Virus record (IMG/VR): IMGVR_UViG_3300037461_000718
Location: 1-43,290 of that record
Direction: 5' to 3' (one strand)
DNA length: 43,290 nucleotides
From: a virus
A model generated the notes under the pieces. It was not told the origin of the DNA. It saw only the letters and a list, made by a program, of their open reading frames with translations, and did no database searches. A program made the translations under genes and the position numbers. Below, in pieces: positions 24,922 through 31,441 of this stretch. Each line of letters starts with the position of its first letter. Position 1 is the first letter of the stretch.

Positions 24922-24982
24922 AGCCATCCATCCCCGGGACTCCTCACACCTCCAGCAGGTTCCGCCAGCCCCAGACCACGTA

Positions 24983-25501
24983 TCACGCTGGGAGGTCCTC
25001 CTGCCCTTCTTGCGGTTCGGTGCCCCTGCCCTCCTCCAAATCGATCACCTGGCGAAACGTATCCTCGATGGCAACCACCAGCCGGAAATATTGCTGATCC
25101 GGGGCCACTTCAAGAACGTAACGGGCCTTGGCCAGGAGCTTGTCAACGGGTTGTTTGACCGGTCCGATGAAGCTCACGTCTGACAGCTGCTTGTAATCGC
25201 CTGGGGTTCTGCCGGTCCCAACCGCCACAACCGTCCCGGAGGGCTCCGGGAGGATCATGGGGCCTTGCCCTGTCATGATCCACTTAAAGGAGTAGTGTAG
25301 TTTTTCTTCTATGGCTACAGCCATATGGTGTTGGAACTTCTTTCTTCCCGCCGCCACATCTGCAATATCCTGACGTTTTAGTCCCAGCATTTCCGCCATC
25401 CCTGGATATGATAGCTTGGGACTTATCGAAGACATTATGATCTTCATGCGTTCTGCATCAGTGTATTTTTTTTGGTTATCGTGTAAAATATCTCTTGACA
25501 T
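24983..25501 (-). CDS. CI-type phage repressor (Phage_CI_repr-like HTH, with no S24 peptidase domain seen)
   Basis: 172 aa. LSYPGMAEMLGLKRQDIADVAAGRKKFQHHMAVAIEEKLHYSFKWIMTGQGPM fits the CI-repressor HTH with the W.(L/M).G.G tail. It is divergent from a Cro-like gene. Confidence 0.7.
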   Translation of the reverse strand: MSRDILHDNQKKYTDAERMKIIMSSISPKLSYPGMAEMLGLKRQDIADVAAGRKKFQHHMAVAIEEKLHYSFKWIMTGQGPMILPEPSGTVVAVGTGRTPGDYKQLSDVSFIGPVKQPVDKLLAKARYVLEVAPDQQYFRLVVAIEDTFRQVIDLEEGRGTEPQEGQEDLPA

Positions 25502-25512
25502 TGGTGTACTTT

Positions 25513-25528
25513 TTACATTACGATGTAA
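25513..25528. promoter_or_regulatory. Palindromic operator candidate in the cI/cro divergent region
   Basis: TTACAT-tacg-ATGTAA, a perfect 6-4-6 palindrome, lies in the 57-bp gap between the divergent repressor genes. Confidence 0.45.
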
Positions 25529-25558
25529 TCACCAAATTGACAGGAGTCTCAAAATACC

Positions 25559-25819
25559 ATGCAGACGGCCATTGTAAATAAAAAACTCCCTCGCGGATTC
25601 CGGTCTGAGCTTGCCCGACGCCTTGGAGTCAGCCGCCAGGCGATCTGGCAAACTCTAAGTGGAAAAACAAAGCCAAGACCTGAGCTTGCCAGAAAGTTGG
25701 AGGCTGAACTTGGCGTGCCAACACTCGTATGGCTCTTCCCTGAAAGCTATCCGGGTCAAAACCCCTACATTGCGAAGAACGGTAATGGACGGCGACGAAA
25801 TCAGGATGCAGTTGCATAA
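25559..25819 (+). CDS. Cro/YdaS-like HTH regulator
   Basis: 86 aa. SELARRLGVSRQAIWQTLSGKTKP..ELARKLEAELGV is an HTH. An RBS (AGGAG) lies 12 nt upstream. Confidence 0.65.
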   Translation: MQTAIVNKKLPRGFRSELARRLGVSRQAIWQTLSGKTKPRPELARKLEAELGVPTLVWLFPESYPGQNPYIAKNGNGRRRNQDAVA

Positions 25820-26009
25820 GCTGCTGCTGGAGATTCAGCGCGAGCGGCAACAACACCTCGAGCGCATGCGGCATTTCGAGAACTGCATCTCTGAATTGGT
25901 TTCCGGTCGGTCGTACAAGGCCATGGGGCGCGAGTGGCGCGCTCCGAACGGGGCCGCCCCGATTTCCGAAGCAAACCGAAACCGGACGGGCAGACGGGTC
26001 ACAAAGTAG
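25785..26009 (+). CDS. Hypothetical 74-aa helical protein
   Basis: The ATG at 25785 overlaps the end of the Cro-like gene. The sequence MDGDEIRMQLHKLLLEIQRERQQHLERMRHFE is coiled-coil-like. Confidence 0.35.
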   Translation: MDGDEIRMQLHKLLLEIQRERQQHLERMRHFENCISELVSGRSYKAMGREWRAPNGAAPISEANRNRTGRRVTK

Positions 26010-26152
26010 CGCGGGACTCCTACCGTTGCGAACTGCCTCTTCTATCACCGTGTCACGGCACCTCGTATCCGTGACGGCATGTGCTTACCTCCTGAGACAG
26101 GCCCTCGGGTTCCCCCCCTCTCCCGGGGGCCGACGAAACGAAAGGGACCGGA

Positions 26153-26353
26153 ATGGTGGGAAAGCTGGATCACATCAAAAGCTTCAAGGTTGACGACGAT
26201 TTTTCATCGTACCTCACCTATCTCCAGCGCAACCTTCCCGACTGGTCCCTGGCAAAGATAATCCGTCAGTCCATCCTCCTGGCGGCGCCGTTCATTCTGG
26301 CCCATCCGGAGTGCGCCGACAGGATAGGCATCCCCCGCGTCGATTGTCAGTAA
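26153..26353 (+). CDS. Small protein with a ribbon-helix-helix-like N-terminus
   Basis: 66 aa. KSFKVDDDFSSYLTYLQRNLPDWSLAKIIRQSILLA shows a strand-helix-helix pattern. Confidence 0.35.
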   Translation: MVGKLDHIKSFKVDDDFSSYLTYLQRNLPDWSLAKIIRQSILLAAPFILAHPECADRIGIPRVDCQ

Positions 26354-26382
26354 AATTTAGGTATTACTCAGGAGATACGGCC

Positions 26383-26793
26383 ATGCTCAAACCCGTCTAC
26401 GACTTCTGCCCACCGGGGAAGTGGATCAACGCTTGTCTTGAGGCCTGCCACCGCGACCCGACCACCTGCACCCTTTACCAGGGCGTCATGCCAACCGCGA
26501 AGGAGCGGTTTGTCGAACCGTCGAAGCCGTCAAAATCGCCGATCAAACAGACCTACCGCTGCAGGGTCTGCGGCGAGACGGACCCCGGCAAGTTCTACCG
26601 GACGCCCACAACAATTTGCGCCATTCACCATAATGAGTACCGGCGCAATTGGTACGAGAAGAACAAACTCCCCAAGACCCGTTACCAGATCACGCGCCCA
26701 TGCCAGCGATGCGGAATCCAGTTCCAGCGTTGGGATAATGAGCGGTTCAAGTACTGCGAGAAGTGCCGGGAGGTGCCGCAATGGAAGCGATAG
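26383..26793 (+). CDS. Cys-rich (multiple CxxC) zinc-ribbon protein
   Basis: ATG at 26383 with an RBS (ggaga). 136 aa with CRVCG...C..HH and CQRCG...CEKC motifs. Confidence 0.5.
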   Translation: MLKPVYDFCPPGKWINACLEACHRDPTTCTLYQGVMPTAKERFVEPSKPSKSPIKQTYRCRVCGETDPGKFYRTPTTICAIHHNEYRRNWYEKNKLPKTRYQITRPCQRCGIQFQRWDNERFKYCEKCREVPQWKR

Positions 26794-27389
26794 TGGAGAC
26801 GACGGGCGCCCCTTGTGCGCTGTGCGGCTCCCTGGGGGTTACCTGGGGAAAACTGTGCGACGCTTGCAAGGGGTTTGATTATCCCGATTCATCGAAGGAG
26901 GTGAGGATGATCCAATCGAAAAAACTGAAGCAGTGCAAGAAATGCGGGCGCACCGAGGAGGAGACCAAGTTCTTCCCTTCGATCAGCCATCAGTGCGTCG
27001 AGTGCCAGTATGCCAGGCAGAAAGCCTCCAGAGACAAGAAGCGCAAGCTCTACACGCCCGAGCCACCGCCGGCGGTAAATCCCGTTCCGAGTGATTTCGA
27101 GTCGGCTCAAGAACAAGCCTTACGGGAGATCGATTCGGTTCCGGAGGTGATGATCTGCCCTGACACCCAGACGGAAATCAAGCTCCGGAGTTGGACGGAA
27201 GACCTTCAGCCGCCCAAGATCAACATCGTCACCATGGATTTCTCGCCCTATCCCTGGGCGCTCGACTGGCTCAAGGGGCACATGAACGGCAACCCTGATG
27301 TGGGCGCCGCCCTGGTGCGGGAGTGCGCCGAGCGCGTACCTCCAGAGTGGCTCAAGGCGCATCTCATGGGGGCGAAAGATGAACGCTGA
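26781..27389 (+). CDS. Cys-rich zinc-ribbon protein (strong alternative start ATG 26907)
   Basis: CALCG...CDAC and CKKCG...CVEC motifs. The sequence aaggaggtgaggATG at 26907 is a very good RBS and start. Confidence 0.45.
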   Translation: MEAIVETTGAPCALCGSLGVTWGKLCDACKGFDYPDSSKEVRMIQSKKLKQCKKCGRTEEETKFFPSISHQCVECQYARQKASRDKKRKLYTPEPPPAVNPVPSDFESAQEQALREIDSVPEVMICPDTQTEIKLRSWTEDLQPPKINIVTMDFSPYPWALDWLKGHMNGNPDVGAALVRECAERVPPEWLKAHLMGAKDER

Positions 27390-27540
27390 TTTTCTGTACG
27401 GTTTCGCGTACGGATTCGGCATAGGCACGGTCGTGGCGTGGCTGGTGGCCTGCCTGATGGCAACGGTGAAAGAACAGGATCAGTGCAGTGAGTGCTGGCT
27501 AACGGCTTACAAGGCCGTGAAGGAGGAGGTGAGAAAGTGA
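27379..27540 (+). CDS. Small single-pass membrane protein (53 aa)
   Basis: MNADFLYGFAYGFGIGTVVAWLVACLMATV... Its stop overlaps the GTG start of the next gene. Confidence 0.4.
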   Translation: MNADFLYGFAYGFGIGTVVAWLVACLMATVKEQDQCSECWLTAYKAVKEEVRK

Positions 27541-27806
27541 AAGATCAAGAAAAGCTGAATCGTTCGGTAACGATCAGACTGAGTAATGGGGAGTTTTATG
27601 CGATCAGCAAGTTGTCCGAGGACCAATTCAGGAGTGTGAGTGCTCAAATTAGAAAAATCATCGTGGATTTCGTGGAGAATCATCGGGCAGCTCAAGTTCT
27701 ACATGCTCCTTCCGGTAAGAGCGAACTCCAGCAACAACAAAGTATTCCACCTGTTGAGAAAGGCTTCTCAACTCAATCCGGGCAATCTGTTCCAGCGCCG
27801 TCTTGA
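27537..27806 (+). CDS. Ribbon-helix-helix (CopG/Arc-like) DNA-binding protein
   Basis: GTG at 27537 preceded by aggaggaggtgag. RSVTIRLSNGEFYAISKLSEDQFRSVSAQIRKIIVDFVENH is a classic RHH. The low-complexity tail is antisense to the next feature. Confidence 0.55.
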   Translation: MKDQEKLNRSVTIRLSNGEFYAISKLSEDQFRSVSAQIRKIIVDFVENHRAAQVLHAPSGKSELQQQQSIPPVEKGFSTQSGQSVPAPS

Positions 27807-27855
27807 GCTGGTCGGACACCCTGAAGGTTATGGAGGCGCTCTTTTTGGTTTCCAC
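27658..27855 (-). CDS. Ribbon-helix-helix (Arc/CopG-like) regulator, convergent with and overlapping 27537-27806
   Basis: 65 aa with a GTG start. ASITFRVSDQLKTALEQIARIELRSLSQQVEYFVVAGV is a classic RHH. No SD is present, and a promoter -10 lies 8 nt upstream. Confidence 0.55.
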   Translation of the reverse strand: METKKSASITFRVSDQLKTALEQIARIELRSLSQQVEYFVVAGVRSYRKEHVELELPDDSPRNPR

Positions 27856-27863
27856 GAGAACTT

Positions 27864-27892
27864 ATTTTAGTGTCTCACATTCTATGAATCAA
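27864..27892 (-). promoter_or_regulatory. Promoter for the minus-strand RHH gene, geometry suggesting a leaderless mRNA
   Basis: The minus strand reads TTGATT, then 17 nt, then TAAAAT, with the -10 ending 8 nt before the GTG at 27855. Confidence 0.45.
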
Positions 27893-27924
27893 GAAAACTA
27901 TTGTAAGCAAATGTAATAATTTTG

Positions 27925-27952
27925 TTGACAAGCTATTCGGTCGGTGTAATGT
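27925..27952 (+). promoter_or_regulatory. Rightward promoter for the replication/recombination genes
   Basis: TTGACA (27925-27930), then 16 nt, then TAATGT (27947-27952). It lies in the AT-rich gap upstream of the RBS and ATG at 27994. Confidence 0.45.
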
Positions 27953-27973
27953 AAGATCCGTGCTTCACATTAC
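27946..27973. promoter_or_regulatory. Inverted-repeat operator candidate overlapping the -10 of the rightward promoter
   Basis: GTAATGT (27946-27952), then N14, then ACATTAC (27967-27973). It contains the same ATGTAA half-site as the cI/cro palindrome. Confidence 0.4.
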
Positions 27974-27993
27974 TAACAACAGGAGGAGAAGGA

Positions 27994-28152
27994 ATGAACG
28001 TCGTTGATCTGAAAGATGCGCGGATTTGCCCGTGCTGCGAGTTGATCTTTTCGGGATTGCAGGCATGCCCCCGTTGCTGCTCGACCGAGTGGACGTGGCT
28101 GACGCTGTGGCTGCCGTCGATGGAGGAAAGACGTGAACGAAATGCTGCGTGA
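27994..28152 (+). CDS. Small zinc-ribbon protein (52 aa), below the ORF-track cutoff
   Basis: aggaggagaagga RBS then ATG. The ORF translates MNVVDLKDARICPCCELIFSGLQACPRCCSTEW... Confidence 0.45.
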   Translation: MNVVDLKDARICPCCELIFSGLQACPRCCSTEWTWLTLWLPSMEERRERNAA

Positions 28153-28422
28153 TCAGGTGACCATGTGGGTGATCGTGCTGGGCCTGCTTGTGCCCTATCT
28201 GTTCATTCTGGCCGGGATGGGAGGATGATGGTGATGTTCGAAGGCGGAGAGACTTACGAAGGGTGGCTCGCGCGGCAGGAACTGCTGGCCAGGCTGTGGG
28301 GTAAAGATCCGGACGATCCTGAAGCTGAAGAAGAGGAATAGAAAAAGGCCTCTCTCGAGCTGCCAACTCGAAGGGAGGCCGTAACCAAACCACACATCAA
28401 AAACGATAAGCGAGGAGATGTC

Positions 28423-29853
28423 ATGAAGTCAAGTTTAATCATCAAGGGACTCACCCCGGGCCTGACAGAGTCAGGAAAGATCAAGATCGGCGAGAAGGGG
28501 AGAATGGTCCAGTCGCGCAGTGGGACGCAATTCCAGCCGCCGACGAAGCTTGACCACTTTAGGGTTACCAGCCTGGAGCGCGGACCGGACGGGAACTACA
28601 TCACCGACATGGCCGTTCACAGGCTCTACGGAGACCGGCCCAGGGCGTTGCCGGTGCGCCTGCTCTATGACGAGATCGACCTCAATTTTCAGTGCCGCTA
28701 CGCCTGTTTCCGGGGGCGCACTCTTTGGTGTACGGGAGACGGAGAATTCGCCAGCCGGGCGGCCAACGGAAACGGCCATCAGGAAGTGCCCTGCCCCTGC
28801 GGGCGTCAGGACCCGGCCTACACCGGGGAAGACCGATGCAAGATCAACGCGCGGCTGTCCGTCATCATCGACGGCATGGACCGTGTGGGCGGCGTGTGGG
28901 TGCTGCGGAGCACGAGCTACAACACCACCGTCGGCATCCTGTCCAGCTTGGCGCTCATCAAGCGCATCACCGGAGGACCGCTGGCCGGCCTGCCCCTCGA
29001 ACTGACGCTCAACCCGAAAACGGTCGTAACTCCGGACGGGAAAATCCAGACCGTGTGGGTTGTGGGCCTGGAGTTCAAGGGCACGATTCAGCAACTCCAG
29101 CAGATCGGCCTGGACCAGGCCAAGCGGGATGCCGTCCATTACGCCAGAATCGAGCGCATCGAGCACGAAGCGCGGGCTCTGCTGACCCATGACCCGCTTG
29201 TGTTGGAGACCGAGCCTGATGACATTGTCGAGGAATTTTATCCGGAGCAGGCAAGGAAGGGACCGGAAGCGATTGACGGACAGCCCGCTCCTTCAGGGCC
29301 TTCCAAACCGGATGTAAACCAGGAAGATCAGGCCAAACCGGAAGAAACAACAAAACAGCAGGAAACAGGAAAATCCGAAGAGCGTCTCCCTCCGGAGCCC
29401 AAACCGCAGGCTCCACCTTCCAGGCGATCCCGCCGCAACTCCTTCGAGGTCGATCCCAACGACTGGGACGGCAAAACGGAACTGGCAACGTGCGGGTGCA
29501 CTCCGGAGCAGATTCTGTCGTTGCGCGGCCTGGCCAAAGACCCGGGCAACCGCGTGATTGTCAAGGAATACCTGGCCGGCATCGGCTACGACCAGCTTTC
29601 ATTTCTCAGGAAGGAAGAGGCAGAGGATCTGATTGCCAGGCTCTCGGGGGCAAAAGAACCGGTCCCGCCGGCCAACGGTAATCACGTCGAGGCGCCTCCG
29701 GTTCCGGACGACCTGGTCGAGTGCCCGGTCAACGGCGGCGACAAACTCAGCAAATCCGCCCACTGCCTTACTGATTGCGAACATCGGAAGCGCGACGGGT
29801 TTTGCGTTTTCGCCGGAGACCCCATCCCTCACAGCGAAGCCGCCACCATTTAA
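28423..29853 (+). CDS. Cys-cluster DNA-metabolism protein of unassigned family (recombination or ssDNA-binding candidate) with a Pro/Glu-rich linker and a C-terminal Cys/His domain
   Basis: 476 aa. The N-terminal about 250 aa are beta-rich with CTGDG...CPCG...CK. It lies directly upstream of a Cas4-like nuclease. Confidence 0.35.
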   Translation: MKSSLIIKGLTPGLTESGKIKIGEKGRMVQSRSGTQFQPPTKLDHFRVTSLERGPDGNYITDMAVHRLYGDRPRALPVRLLYDEIDLNFQCRYACFRGRTLWCTGDGEFASRAANGNGHQEVPCPCGRQDPAYTGEDRCKINARLSVIIDGMDRVGGVWVLRSTSYNTTVGILSSLALIKRITGGPLAGLPLELTLNPKTVVTPDGKIQTVWVVGLEFKGTIQQLQQIGLDQAKRDAVHYARIERIEHEARALLTHDPLVLETEPDDIVEEFYPEQARKGPEAIDGQPAPSGPSKPDVNQEDQAKPEETTKQQETGKSEERLPPEPKPQAPPSRRSRRNSFEVDPNDWDGKTELATCGCTPEQILSLRGLAKDPGNRVIVKEYLAGIGYDQLSFLRKEEAEDLIARLSGAKEPVPPANGNHVEAPPVPDDLVECPVNGGDKLSKSAHCLTDCEHRKRDGFCVFAGDPIPHSEAATI

Positions 29854-29865
29854 GGAGAAGCCGCC

Positions 29866-31056
29866 ATGATCCCGCTGTCATACAGCTCCATGAAACTGGC
29901 CGAGTGCCCGTTTGCCTTTAATGCAGAAAAGATCGCCAAAACCCACGTCCCCATTGCCGGGACCGCCGCCGAAAATGGCAAGGCCGTCCACGAGGCTCTC
30001 GCTGCCTATCTGTTGCACTGCCGTGACAATAACGTTCAGTCAGATTTGGATTGTCTTGCAAATATCGCTCAAAATGATGTAAATATCAAAAATGCTCCAG
30101 ACTCAGACCGTTGCTCCGAGTTACTCTCGACATTCGGTAATAGCGAGTTCGTCAACATCCCATCCGGAGCCGACCACATACAGATCGAAAGCAAGTTCGA
30201 GCTGGACCTGTCCGGAGCGCTCCTGGCCGAAACCGAGGAAAAGTGGCCGTTTGTCAGCGGATGTGCCTTCCGAGGAGTGAAGGACTATTCGTACCTACTT
30301 GACGACGCCGCTTACGTGATCGACTGGAAGACTGGTTGGGATTCAATAGACCAAATCCAACTCCAACTCTACGCCTGGTCGATGTTCGAGTCCGTGGCCA
30401 AAAACGGACTGGCCGACCGCATTCAGCGCGTCGTAACCGTCATATACAACCTCGCCACCAAACGCAAGCAGGTCCAGGAATACACTGCATCCGATCTCGT
30501 CGACTTCTGGGGGCAGATCCGCGCCAAGATCGAGGAAGTAAACTCGTGGACAGAGTTCCCGGCCATCGCCTGCGGTCATTGCCGGTGGTGTACTGTGCCA
30601 GCATGCCCCGTTCGCCTCACGGTCAACACGTCGCTCGTCACATCTCCGAAGTCTCCGGTCATGACGATCCCCGACAAGGAACTGACGTCATCCCTCCAGG
30701 CCGAAGACGCCGTGCGCTTCCTGGTGTTTCTGGAGGTCGTTCAAAAACAGGTGAATGACCTGCTGCGCGCCTACGTCGAGGCAAACGGCCCGATCGCCAC
30801 CATGGGGAAAGTCGCCGAGCTCCGGCCCAACGAACCGTGGAAAGTGAAAAACCTCAAAACCCTGGTATCCACCCTGGGAGCCTACGGTATCCCTCCGGAG
30901 CAGATTTGGGATGCACTGTCCATCAGTGAGTCGGCCGTCGAGCGCCTCATGAAGCGCAATAGGATGATGGAGCGGCTCCCGATGGTTTTGGCCCTGGGCG
31001 AACGCAAGCAGTACGCGCCGCGGTTCGGGATCTTTAACGACTCGATCAACGCATGA
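29866..31056 (+). CDS. PD-(D/E)xK nuclease of the Cas4/RecB-like type with a Cys cluster
   Basis: 396 aa. N-terminal AECPF, VIDWKTGW (D-x-K), QIQLQLYAW (Q-x-x-x-Y) and C-terminal CGHCRWCTVPACP. Confidence 0.7.
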   Translation: MIPLSYSSMKLAECPFAFNAEKIAKTHVPIAGTAAENGKAVHEALAAYLLHCRDNNVQSDLDCLANIAQNDVNIKNAPDSDRCSELLSTFGNSEFVNIPSGADHIQIESKFELDLSGALLAETEEKWPFVSGCAFRGVKDYSYLLDDAAYVIDWKTGWDSIDQIQLQLYAWSMFESVAKNGLADRIQRVVTVIYNLATKRKQVQEYTASDLVDFWGQIRAKIEEVNSWTEFPAIACGHCRWCTVPACPVRLTVNTSLVTSPKSPVMTIPDKELTSSLQAEDAVRFLVFLEVVQKQVNDLLRAYVEANGPIATMGKVAELRPNEPWKVKNLKTLVSTLGAYGIPPEQIWDALSISESAVERLMKRNRMMERLPMVLALGERKQYAPRFGIFNDSINA

Positions 31057-31272
31057 CGGATCCCTCCGGAAATCGTGGCCAGTTGGCCGGACTCTCCTCC
31101 ACCCTGGTTGAGCGCCCATGAGTGCCTGTGGAGGATGGTCCCATGCAATGCGTTCCGCTGGTACCTCGGTCCGAATTGCGGGTTGGATAACGATTGGAGG
31201 GAGTGCAAACGGACGAATAATGAATGCAGATGATAACAACTCGCTGCGAGTCCTTATCACACTGGATAAAAC

Positions 31273-31440
31273 ATGAAACCCATTCCTTCAATAAAACGAC
31301 CGCGAAGACCCTTCACCAAACAATCCGCAAACAGATGGCGCGCGTATGAAATTGAGAAACAACGACTGCTCGATACCTGCGCCACCTCCGATGAATACCG
31401 GGACAAAATCCGCACCCTAATCAAGCGCATGGGTGTATGA
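31273..31440 (+). CDS. Small basic protein (55 aa), below the ORF-track cutoff
   Basis: ATG at 31273. The stop lies 1 nt before the primase ATG at 31442. Confidence 0.35.
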   Translation: MKPIPSIKRPRRPFTKQSANRWRAYEIEKQRLLDTCATSDEYRDKIRTLIKRMGV

Positions 31441-31441
31441 C

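Noticed and set aside
25537-25542. TTGACA as the -35 box of the Cro-like gene promoter
   Set aside because: No acceptable -10 lies 16-18 nt downstream, because that position falls on ATGCAG of the start codon. The hexamer also abuts the AGGAG RBS. I could not resolve the real divergent promoters by eye.
28471-29190. 239-aa minus ORF and two Arg-rich plus-frame ORFs (28520-29005, 28692-29192) inside the 476-aa gene
   Set aside because: These are shadow ORFs of a GC-rich gene with an Arg/Pro/Gly-rich composition. The annotated frame has an RBS (gcgaggagatgtcATG) and structured motifs.
31057-31272. Possible small RNA in the 216-bp gap after the Cas4-like nuclease gene (7-bp inverted repeat CCTCCAC...GTGGAGG)
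   Set aside because: The stem is short with a 27-nt loop. No promoter or terminator signals are recognisable. The evidence is too weak.
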